From Candidatus Latescibacterota bacterium (GTDB taxonomy: Bacteria; Latescibacterota; UBA2968; GCA-2709665): DNA of 64,000 nt. The stretch spans positions 2,784,001 through 2,848,000 of the forward strand of contig OZ241917.1 of assembly GCA_965203805.1 (NCBI GenBank). Reading direction: 5' to 3'. Positions 31,533 through 39,939 of the stretch are shown here, one piece after another; the stretch's first letter is position 1; each line of letters starts with the position of its first letter. The notes under the pieces are model-generated. The model was not told where the DNA came from. It searched no databases and was given only the letters and a program-made list of their open reading frames with translations. The position numbers were made by a program, and so were the translations under genes.

Positions 31533-32198
31533 ATGACGACGATGAGAACGACGGCACTGTTGTGTTTCCTGCTGCTGGCAACGCCGGCGATGATTTCCGC
31601 GGGCGAAATGGAAAGGCGATCCCGCATTGAACTCAGGATGGGCCTGCGAAATCACGGAGGAACGACCGGAGCGGCGACAACGGTCGGTCCACTGGGTGTT
31701 GAAGCGACTGCCGGATCGGGTGACGTATTCTTCTCGCTGGGCTATTCGCGCTGGATGCGGGAAGACGTGGCCGGTTATGCCGCGCTCGGGCTCATGTCCG
31801 TCGATGCGAGTTCACGGGTTGGGCTTTCGGGGGTCTCGCAGCGGTCGGCCGCCATTCTTCCGGTGATCGTGGGCATGAGATATTACCCGACCAGGCCAAC
31901 AACCCGGACCCAGTTCAGGCCCTTTCTGACCGCGGGTGCAGGACCCGTCACCGGTTTTGAATCCGGGAGCGAAATCGGTTTGCAGGTGGTCCAGAAGACC
32001 GCCACAATGACGGCATTCGGGTGCCAGGCGGGCGCGGGGCTGGACGTTCGGATGGGAGGGTCCGTTGTGATGAATGGTACCCTCGGATACAACCTGATGA
32101 CGGACTTCTCAGAGGCTGTAGGCGGCCGGCGCAACTACAGCGGACTCGAATTCGGCCTGGGATTTGGCTGGCAATTCGGCGGGATCGCGGAAAACTGA
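31533..32198 (+). CDS. Outer-membrane beta-barrel protein (OmpW/OmpA-TM-like)
   Basis: Signal peptide; alternating aromatic/Gly strands, RPFLTAGAG, terminal FGLGFGWQF. Confidence 0.8.
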   Translation: MTTMRTTALLCFLLLATPAMISAGEMERRSRIELRMGLRNHGGTTGAATTVGPLGVEATAGSGDVFFSLGYSRWMREDVAGYAALGLMSVDASSRVGLSGVSQRSAAILPVIVGMRYYPTRPTTRTQFRPFLTAGAGPVTGFESGSEIGLQVVQKTATMTAFGCQAGAGLDVRMGGSVVMNGTLGYNLMTDFSEAVGGRRNYSGLEFGLGFGWQFGGIAEN

Positions 32199-32235
32199 GT
32201 TCATTGTTGGTGGCATTTGAATGAAAGAGGTCCTG

Positions 32236-33336
32236 ATGGCGAATTACCGCGTGGCAATCATCGGCACGGGCCGGGTGGGATACCAGTTCAGTTTCGGGGA
32301 CCTGCCGGACAACCACGCCGATGCGCTCCGGCAACATCCCGCCTGCGAACTGGTGGCGGGCGTGAACCGGGGCCGCGAAAAACTGGAGATCTTCGGGCGG
32401 CGATACGGGATCGAGGCGCTTTACCACGACTACCGGCGGATGCTGGACGAAACGAAGCCGGACATCTGCATTGTGGCCACCCATCCGGAACTGCATTGCG
32501 AGATGGTGGAGACATGCGCCGCGGCGTCCGCCACGAAGGCGATCATCTGCGAAAAGCCGATGGCCCTGTCGGTGGAAGAATGCGACCGGATGATCGAGGC
32601 CTGCGACAACGCGGGCATCCTGCTGCAGATCAACCACAACCGGCGATGGTCTCCCGAATGGAACCTGGGACTGCAGTTGCTGCGTGACGGCGCGATCGGA
32701 GAGCTGAACCACATCTACTGCTATATGGATGGCGGCAAGCCGGACCCGTCATGGCGAAGCGAGAACGAGGGTCCGTTTCTGCACGACTTTACCCATTACT
32801 TCGACCTGATGGATATGTACGCCGGCGAGGTGGCCTGGCTGTGCGGGACGGCCGAGCAGCGGATGCGTCCCTGGGCCGTGGAGGATTTCGGCGCCGCGAT
32901 CATGAAATTCAGGAACGGTACGACGGGTCTGGTCCACGGCGCCGAGTTGACTACCTATACGGACAACGCATTCGAGTTACGCGGGACCGAGGGCGTGATC
33001 CGTTTTCTCGGCGAACGAGTCCATCTGTACTGCGCGGTAGAGGACGACTACGAACCGGACAGCGGGTTTCAGTGGCATTCCCTGAAGCACACGCCCGTCG
33101 ACCATCCATCGCCCGCGTCGACCTACGTTCTGGCGCTGAACGAACTCGTCGATGCGCTGGAGGGCCGAGGGGAATTGCGGAGCGACGGACGGGTGGGGCT
33201 GCGATCATTGGAGATGGTTATGGCGATCTACCAGTCCCAGCTTACGGGCAATCGCCCCGTCCGGTTCCCGCTCGAGGCGCGCGGGTCGGGCGTGGCGGCC
33301 CTGCGGGATGCGGGACAGTTTGTAGATCGACAATGA
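32236..33336 (+). CDS. Gfo/Idh/MocA family oxidoreductase
   Basis: IIGTGRVG, ATHPELH, CEKPMA, HYFD. Confidence 0.93.
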   Translation: MANYRVAIIGTGRVGYQFSFGDLPDNHADALRQHPACELVAGVNRGREKLEIFGRRYGIEALYHDYRRMLDETKPDICIVATHPELHCEMVETCAAASATKAIICEKPMALSVEECDRMIEACDNAGILLQINHNRRWSPEWNLGLQLLRDGAIGELNHIYCYMDGGKPDPSWRSENEGPFLHDFTHYFDLMDMYAGEVAWLCGTAEQRMRPWAVEDFGAAIMKFRNGTTGLVHGAELTTYTDNAFELRGTEGVIRFLGERVHLYCAVEDDYEPDSGFQWHSLKHTPVDHPSPASTYVLALNELVDALEGRGELRSDGRVGLRSLEMVMAIYQSQLTGNRPVRFPLEARGSGVAALRDAGQFVDRQ

Positions 33337-33364
33337 GCGTTAGACGGCATTCGAAAGGATTGCG

Positions 33365-35200
33365 ATGGCGGAGTCCGAGGTGCGGGGATCGTGGATTGAG
33401 TACGATGTGATCGTCCGGCGGAACGTGATGGTGCCCATGCGGGACGGCGTTAAGCTGGCGACCGATCTGTATTTCCCGGCGAAGCACGGAGACATCGTTC
33501 AGGGCGCGTTTCCGGCGGTAATCGAGCGTACCCCATACGATAAGGAGTCGAAATTCAGCGAAGGGCGGTATCTCGCGCGGAGAGGGTACGTGGCCGTGCG
33601 GCAGGACGTCCGGGGACGTTTCGAATCGGAAGGCGTGTGGCATCCGTTCGCAAAGGAGGCGCCGGACGGGTACGATACCGTGGAATGGGTGGCCGCGCAG
33701 CCCTGGTGCGACGGGAACGTGGGTACCATGGGCGGGTCTTACTGTGGAAGCGACCAGAGCGCGCTGGCCACGCTGAATCCGCCCCACCTGAAGGCGATGG
33801 TTGTCGCGGTGGGTACGTCGAACTATCACACCAGTTCGATGCGGCAGAACGGCGCCCTGGAACTGCGGTTCATGATATACGCGTTCCGGATGGCGACAAC
33901 GAGCAAGGAGGCGCTCGCGGATGCGGCGCTGAAGGCCGCATTGGATGCGGATTTCGCAAGGGTCGGCGAATGGCTGACGCGGACGCCCTACAGGAAAGGG
34001 TCGTCCGCCCTGCGGTTTCTGCCCACCTATGAACAGTGGGTGCTGGATCTCCTGGGAGAAGGCGACTTCAACGACTATTGGAAGCAGCGGGGATACGCGA
34101 TCGACCACTACTACGACGAACACGCGGACGTGCCCACGATTTATCTGGGCGGGTGGTACGACTCCTACACCCGGGGAACCACGGCGAACTACGTGGCGCT
34201 TTCCAAACGGATGGAATCCCCGCAGCATCTGCTGATGGGTCCGTGGACCCACGGCGGATGGGGGAACTCCTTCGCGGGCGACGTGGATTTCGGGCAGGAT
34301 TCCGTCCTGGACGATTACGATGGCTACCGGCTGGGCTGGTTCGACAGGTGGCTGAAGGGGATCGAAAACGGCGTCGACCGCGAAAAGCCGGTACGGATAT
34401 TCGTGATGGGCGGCGGCGGCGGACGCAGAAACCGGGAGGGGCGACTATCCTATATGGGCGCCTGGCGCGACGTGGATGACTGGCCGCTGCCCGGGACGCG
34501 GTTCACGCCGTACTATCTGCAACCGGACGGCAAGATCGGAGAGGACATGCCGGAACCTTCCGAGCCGAGTCGTTACACGTTCGATCCCCGCGATCCGGTT
34601 CCCACGGTCGGCGGCAATCTGTCCGCCGGGGATCCAATTCTCGTTGCCGGTGCGTACGACCAGCGAGGCGATTCACGCTTTTACGGATGCAGGGACAGCC
34701 TGCCCTTGTCGGCCCGCGCCGACGTCCTGGTCTTCCAGACGCCAGAGTTAAAGGAACAGCTGGAAGCGACCGGGCCGTTGACCATGAAATTGTGGGCATC
34801 TTCCTCCGCGACGGATACGGACTTTACGGTCAAACTGATCGACGTGCATCCCCCTAACGAGGACTATCCCGACGGCTTCGCTCAGAATATAACGGACAGC
34901 ATCGTCAGGGGGCGTTATCGACGTTCGCGGGACAAACCCGAATTGATGGCGCCGGGCGAAATCTATGAACTGGAAATCGTCATGTATCCCACCTCAACCG
35001 TCTTCGGCGAGGGGCACCGGATCCGGCTTGACGTCTCCAGCAGTAATTTCCCCAGATTCGATATCAATCCGAATACGGGGGGCGCGTTGGGGCGGGATCG
35101 GCGGGTTGTTCCGGCGGAGAACGTGATTTATCACGACCCCGACCACCCCTCGCATATTGTCCTGCCCATTATCCCCGGGTGTCAACAGGCAGATGGGTGA
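33365..35200 (+). CDS. CocE/NonD family serine hydrolase
   Basis: MRDGVKLATD, RTPY, QDVRGRFESEG, GGSYCG nucleophile elbow, GGWYD, GPWTHG, SSSNFPRFD. Confidence 0.95.
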   Translation: MAESEVRGSWIEYDVIVRRNVMVPMRDGVKLATDLYFPAKHGDIVQGAFPAVIERTPYDKESKFSEGRYLARRGYVAVRQDVRGRFESEGVWHPFAKEAPDGYDTVEWVAAQPWCDGNVGTMGGSYCGSDQSALATLNPPHLKAMVVAVGTSNYHTSSMRQNGALELRFMIYAFRMATTSKEALADAALKAALDADFARVGEWLTRTPYRKGSSALRFLPTYEQWVLDLLGEGDFNDYWKQRGYAIDHYYDEHADVPTIYLGGWYDSYTRGTTANYVALSKRMESPQHLLMGPWTHGGWGNSFAGDVDFGQDSVLDDYDGYRLGWFDRWLKGIENGVDREKPVRIFVMGGGGGRRNREGRLSYMGAWRDVDDWPLPGTRFTPYYLQPDGKIGEDMPEPSEPSRYTFDPRDPVPTVGGNLSAGDPILVAGAYDQRGDSRFYGCRDSLPLSARADVLVFQTPELKEQLEATGPLTMKLWASSSATDTDFTVKLIDVHPPNEDYPDGFAQNITDSIVRGRYRRSRDKPELMAPGEIYELEIVMYPTSTVFGEGHRIRLDVSSSNFPRFDINPNTGGALGRDRRVVPAENVIYHDPDHPSHIVLPIIPGCQQADG

Positions 35201-36119
35201 CGATTCAGAGATCAGATACCGGGATCGAAGAACGGGACGGACGATAACAGAGCCGCAGTCGTACGCATTTTTTCAACGGGTATTCCAATCTTCGATCGTC
35301 CTTGGGCTTTTCCATCTGCTGCTGAATAATTCCGTATTTTGCCGGTTGTACGGATGGTTTCAGGCGCGCCACGGAAGTCGCCGGAAAATCTCCCGTTTCG
35401 TGCGGGACTACGGCATCGACGTGGAAGAGATCGAATATCCCCTGGATCGGTATCCGACCTTCAACGCGTTCTTCACCCGGCGGTTGAAACCCGAAGCCCG
35501 ACCGTTTGAACCGGAACCCGACGCGCTGTCCTGCCCCGCGGACGGGAAAGTCCTGGTCTATCAGCAACTCATCGACGGCGCCCGGATCCCTGTCAAGGGA
35601 GCCTCCGTTCCCCTGCAACGCCTGCTGGATTCCGAGGAGGATGCGCTTCCCTATCTGCACGGTTCGGCGCTGGTCGTGCGGCTTGCGCCCTACGACTATC
35701 ACCGGTTCCACTTTCCGGATTCGGGTACAGCCGCGCCGGCGCGCGTCACCCGCGGGCGGTATTATATCGTCAATCCGCTGGGCCTCGCGCGGGTGCCGGG
35801 CGTCTTCTGGCGGAACAAACGCGCGATTACGAGATTTGATTCGGACGGGTTCGGAAGGATCGCGTACCTGGAAATCGGCGGCTTTGCGGTGGGCAGCATC
35901 GTTGAGACGTACACACCGGGTCCGGTCGACCGGGGTCAGGAGAAGGGTTACTTTCAGTTCGGCGGGTCCACGCTTGTGCTGCTGTTCGAGCCGGGAAGGG
36001 TCGTCTTTGACGACGACCTGATGGAAGACTCCGGGCGCGGAATCGAAGTACACGTACAGGCGGGCGCGAGGATCGGCGGGCGATCTCAGGATCGAGAAAA
36101 CGGAACGCGTCAGCCCTGA
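35193..36119 (+). CDS. psd: Phosphatidylserine decarboxylase proenzyme
   Basis: FNAFFTRRLK, PADG, RLAPYDYHRFH, FGGST self-cleavage motif. Confidence 0.92.
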   Translation: MGDDSEIRYRDRRTGRTITEPQSYAFFQRVFQSSIVLGLFHLLLNNSVFCRLYGWFQARHGSRRKISRFVRDYGIDVEEIEYPLDRYPTFNAFFTRRLKPEARPFEPEPDALSCPADGKVLVYQQLIDGARIPVKGASVPLQRLLDSEEDALPYLHGSALVVRLAPYDYHRFHFPDSGTAAPARVTRGRYYIVNPLGLARVPGVFWRNKRAITRFDSDGFGRIAYLEIGGFAVGSIVETYTPGPVDRGQEKGYFQFGGSTLVLLFEPGRVVFDDDLMEDSGRGIEVHVQAGARIGGRSQDRENGTRQP

Positions 36120-36296
36120 GCCGCTCCCTGAGCTTGTCGAAGGGTCGGCGAATGGGTGGCGATTGGCCTATTACGGATTTGTGAAACGCGGGCATTTCGA
36201 CAAGCCGTTTCGACAGGCTCAACGCAAGCAATGACCACGTTTCATTGAGAAGGGATGAATCGGCCTGCCTGCAGCGCAGGGCACTGCGCAGGCAGG
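36118..36296. repeat. Cluster of REP-like palindromic repeats
   Basis: gagccgctccctgagcttgtcgaagggtcggcg (36118-36150); nested ttcgacaag/ttcgacaggctca (about 36196-36222); cctgcctgc..gcaggcagg palindrome (36264-36296); between convergent genes. Confidence 0.7.
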
Positions 36297-36363
36297 CGGG
36301 AGACTGGTGAGATAATTCTGGGACAGGACGCCAGATCGGGGCCATGTGCTTTTGCGCATGGCC

Positions 36364-38418
36364 TTATTCTTCTTCAGGCCCCAGACGGACGAATTCCCTC
36401 GGATTCGAGAGGTTCTGATACGTGGCATTGATCCACTGATGTGATCTGGCCGTCGTCGAGATTCGGACCTCATTGATTTCGCCCTGGAACGGCGCCCCGC
36501 CGCCCGCGAGCCGGCCGATGCTGGTCGGAGTCTGGCTGGACCGGACGGCGCCGGCTGCTTCGACCGAGTCCACGGGCGCGCCGTCAATATAGAGCGTCGT
36601 CCGTTCGCCGTCGTATACGCCCGACAGATGATGCCGGCCGGGGGTCAGCGTCCTGTTGGCGCGCACGCTCCGGGTGCCGTTTTCCGTATTGATGGTGAAG
36701 GTCGGACCCGGCAGCGAGGCGCAAAGCCCGCCGTTGTGCCCGCATTCGGCATATTTGAGCGCGAAAGAGGCCTCGTCCGCGGTATCGTAGCGCAACACCT
36801 TTCCATGGGGCGTGTATTCGCGGTCGTCGTTTTCATCCGGGTCTTCGCGCCACGGGGAGAAATACACGTAGCGTCCGTCGAACGCGCCGCCATTGAACCC
36901 GCCGGGATTCGGCGGATAGGTGAAGACGCCACCGTCGGCGGCATCCCACGCGGCCCTGTCGGTGAAATTCATGCAGGTGTTGTAGCGCAGGACGCGACAG
37001 TGGAATCCCCGCTGAGGCTCGTCGCCCTCGTAGAACGGAATGTAGTAGACGTACTGGCCGTCGAAGGCCGCGCCGTCGTAGCCTTTTGTGTGCAGGCCGG
37101 ACGTTCCGGCCGCGTTGTACGCCTCCCAGCTTTCCGGTTCCTTGAAGTCGCCGCGGGTATCGTATCTGACGGCGTTGCTGTGAGCGTAAGGGACGTAGTA
37201 GACATAGCGGCCGTCGAAAACGGCGCCCACGCACATTCCCATGCCGTGACTGCTGGCATCCAGCGCCTGCCATGCGGCCGGATCGTCGAACCCGCCGCGG
37301 GTATCGTGACGGAGCACGATGCCGCGGTCGTTGAGCGGCGAATAATAGACGTAACGTCCGTCGAAGGTGGCGCCGTCGTAGTTCTTCGACTCCAGTCCGT
37401 CGGTATTCCCGGCATCGTAAACCGCATAGCTCTCCGAATCCGTGAAACCGCCCCGCGTATCGAAACGGACGGCTTTTCCCGTTTCGCCGGAATCACCCTC
37501 ATATCCGGGCGACAGGTAGATATATCGACCGTCGTACGCGGCGCTCTGGCAGGCCATCGTCCTCCCGATGTCGTACGCCTTCCAGCTTCCGGGATCACGG
37601 AATGCCCCTTCCCGGTTATATCGCAGGATGCGGCTGTGCAGGTTCTCGCCATCGGTACGCGGGACAAAGTAGATGTGGTTCCCGGCGTGCACGACGCCGT
37701 AGTACCCCTTCGTGTTCAGGCCGTCCGTGCAGCCCGCGTCGTATCCTTCCCAGCTGGCGGGATCGTCGAACGCTCCCCAGGAGTCGTATCGCAGGACCTG
37801 GCCGTGACGGTCCTGCGATGCGTTGAGTTGCGGTGCGAAGTACACGTAGCGTCCGTCCGAGACGGCGCCGAAATAACCCCTGGTGTCCAGGCCGTCCGTG
37901 TTCCCGGCGTCGTAGGACTCGAACCGGTCCATTACCGGTCGCAGCGACCACCTGGACACCAGCACCTGAAAGGCGTCGGAATTCGACTGCTCGCTGTCGA
38001 TCCAGGCCTCCACGGTGAGGGCCCGGGCACCGTCGAGCGACTCGGTGCGCGCATCTGTGCTCTGGTGGCGGACCAGTTTGAAATGCGGGTCCCATACACT
38101 AGCCGGAGATGAAACCGGTCCTCCGCCATAACAAAGGTAGAGGCTTTGGGCCCCGGTAAAAGAAGGAATTCTGACCCGCGCCCCGAGAGCGCCGCTTTCG
38201 GGATCGTAGGACTCGATACGGTATGGCAGCGCATCGCCTCCGAGCGAGACAAAGTGGATGTCGCCGCCGTCGTCTCCACGAACACGCCCGCCGTTGTCGG
38301 CGGATTTGAGTCCATCGTCGCGCAGGACGACCAGAAGCGGGAAATCCTGAAGATTTCCGACGTCTCCGGCCGGGTTGATGGTGAGTTTTCTGCGGATGGG
38401 TTTGCCGGTCTCTTCCAT
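36364..38418 (-). CDS. DUF2341 + LamG-like protein with an inserted 7-repeat (FDGRYVY) beta-propeller
   Basis: N-terminal LQDFPLLV..GGDIHF..LPYRIE..LYLCYG; LamG strands LTVEAWI and HHLSGVYDG..LYIDG..FQGEINEVRIS; seven GAxFDGRYVYxxP-type repeats between them. Confidence 0.8.
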   Translation of the reverse strand: MEETGKPIRRKLTINPAGDVGNLQDFPLLVVLRDDGLKSADNGGRVRGDDGGDIHFVSLGGDALPYRIESYDPESGALGARVRIPSFTGAQSLYLCYGGGPVSSPASVWDPHFKLVRHQSTDARTESLDGARALTVEAWIDSEQSNSDAFQVLVSRWSLRPVMDRFESYDAGNTDGLDTRGYFGAVSDGRYVYFAPQLNASQDRHGQVLRYDSWGAFDDPASWEGYDAGCTDGLNTKGYYGVVHAGNHIYFVPRTDGENLHSRILRYNREGAFRDPGSWKAYDIGRTMACQSAAYDGRYIYLSPGYEGDSGETGKAVRFDTRGGFTDSESYAVYDAGNTDGLESKNYDGATFDGRYVYYSPLNDRGIVLRHDTRGGFDDPAAWQALDASSHGMGMCVGAVFDGRYVYYVPYAHSNAVRYDTRGDFKEPESWEAYNAAGTSGLHTKGYDGAAFDGQYVYYIPFYEGDEPQRGFHCRVLRYNTCMNFTDRAAWDAADGGVFTYPPNPGGFNGGAFDGRYVYFSPWREDPDENDDREYTPHGKVLRYDTADEASFALKYAECGHNGGLCASLPGPTFTINTENGTRSVRANRTLTPGRHHLSGVYDGERTTLYIDGAPVDSVEAAGAVRSSQTPTSIGRLAGGGAPFQGEINEVRISTTARSHQWINATYQNLSNPREFVRLGPEEE

Positions 38419-38577
38419 TGTATCCTCTCCTGGTCGACGCTGAATCTGTGTTTTGCTCATCGAACGACGGTCCCTAGTCTGCCGGCCAGATCCACAGCCT
38501 GAATTTGGAGACCTGCAAGCTCTCGCAATCGAATCCCCGCGCTATAAAAACAACACATCAGGCATAAAAGTTCGCAC

Positions 38578-38946
38578 TTATAGATTCAGCGTATGACGGA
38601 GAGCCGCATCAACTTTGGCCATTGGAAGCGATCCAATGACGCGGTCAATTGCCGATTCCACAATTGTGGCAAGATTGTCAGCCATAACTACAGAATCTGT
38701 GAGTAGACCCGATTGTTGTCCTTCGGGGGTGGAAAGTAGAATGGCAACACGGCTCGAGTGATTGGCGCGAAACATCCTGCTGGTAATCATCGCCACGACC
38801 ACTTGGGATAAACCAGTCTGAAGATTATCAGATTGAACGATTAATCCCGGACGTGGCTTGGCTGTAAGCAAGTTAGAATCCGGAAAGAGCACTAAGACGA
38901 CGTCACCGCGACTATAGGTTGGATTTGGCTGCGTCATAGTTGTCAT
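38578..38946 (-). CDS. Type II toxin, PemK/MazF family endoribonuclease
   Basis: RGDVVLVLFP, KPRPGLIVQ, AMITS, SGL..DSVVMADNLAT. Confidence 0.92.
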   Translation of the reverse strand: MTTMTQPNPTYSRGDVVLVLFPDSNLLTAKPRPGLIVQSDNLQTGLSQVVVAMITSRMFRANHSSRVAILLSTPEGQQSGLLTDSVVMADNLATIVESAIDRVIGSLPMAKVDAALRHTLNL

Positions 38947-39163
38947 AAATACTCATTTCCGGGCTTTCCCAGTCTTCGGCAAAGGCCGTCAGGCGTTCGC
39001 GCAAATCTGCCGCCTGCGCCTTGTCAATACCGCGTCCTCGTAAATCGATAGAATGTGTTGGCAGAAATGTGACAATGACGGGCGTATCTTCATGTATATC
39101 GCTGGGTAATTCCGGAAGTTCAATCTTACCGCCGCGATACACTCCTTCAATCGTCGTGAGCAT
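38912..39163 (-). CDS. Putative antitoxin cognate to the MazF-like toxin
   Basis: Small acidic protein; TIEGVYRGGKIEL N-terminus; C-terminal DWESPEMSIYD; overlaps the toxin start. Confidence 0.8.
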   Translation of the reverse strand: MLTTIEGVYRGGKIELPELPSDIHEDTPVIVTFLPTHSIDLRGRGIDKAQAADLRERLTAFAEDWESPEMSIYDNYDAAKSNL

Positions 39164-39299
39164 GGGGATCACTCCTTCTTAATCGATGGTCTGTCAACTG
39201 TTCATCCTTATTTCCCGGTGAACGGTTCTGGCCTGCGGCGAATTATTCACTGTTCCATGATTTTCGCACCAAGGTATTACGTTGGGAATCAACTTAGTA

Positions 39300-39923
39300 T
39301 CAAAACGCTTCGTTTGAAACCAACTTCTTGTAGAAATGCGCCTCCACAGTCTTCAGGCGTGACTGATAAATCGATTTTTCGGTTGGTCCGGTTGAATCAA
39401 ACACCCGAACAAAAAAGCGGCATTTTTTCGACTTAGACCTCTCAAACAAGTTGGATGTTGCCGAAAGAAAAGACGCTTCCGAGATGTCCTGATTCATCAC
39501 AATATTCTGCAATTTCAGTGCCCGCCGTTCCTCTCTCCGGTGAGGTAGGCCAGTCTCCCTAACGACCAGTCCCTTAGGGGTGAGATTTATGTCGAAAATG
39601 TACTCAATGGATTCATCGTCCCGAACCCAGCAGGACGGAACTTCGGTCCCTTTACCTGCTGATATGGGGCCCTCATGCTCCCGCGCTATCCGCAGAGCAT
39701 CCCTTACAGAATCGGGATCTGGCGAAAATCCGTGCTCTTGCGCGGCTTCCCGAAATTCTTCAAGCCGTTGCCTTGCCTCTTGGTTTTGCACAACCATCAA
39801 TTGGTTTTGCACAACCATCAATATGAGAAGAAACATCGCAAGAATAAAAATAGATGTGATCAGATCCGTAAAAGACGGCCATACATTGAGTGAGGTATCC
39901 CTACGAGTTCGTCTCTTATTCAT
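39300..39923 (-). CDS. ZorB/MotB-like single-TM protein with non-OmpA C-terminal domain
   Basis: Basic N-terminus, then VWPSFTDL (conserved channel Asp) and a TM helix; short coiled coil; C-terminal domain with PSCW and CRFF; directly downstream of a MotA-like gene. Confidence 0.75.
   Translation of the reverse strand: MNKRRTRRDTSLNVWPSFTDLITSIFILAMFLLILMVVQNQLMVVQNQEARQRLEEFREAAQEHGFSPDPDSVRDALRIAREHEGPISAGKGTEVPSCWVRDDESIEYIFDINLTPKGLVVRETGLPHRREERRALKLQNIVMNQDISEASFLSATSNLFERSKSKKCRFFVRVFDSTGPTEKSIYQSRLKTVEAHFYKKLVSNEAF
39781..39822. repeat. Exact 21-bp tandem duplication (LMVVQNQ x2)
   Basis: tggttttgcacaaccatcaat at 39781-39801 and 39802-39822. Confidence 0.95.
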
Positions 39924-39939
39924 TGCCAGATACCTACCA

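Noticed and set aside
36118-36296. CRISPR array
   Set aside because: Repeats are palindromic and nested, not regularly spaced direct repeats with unique spacers; no cas genes
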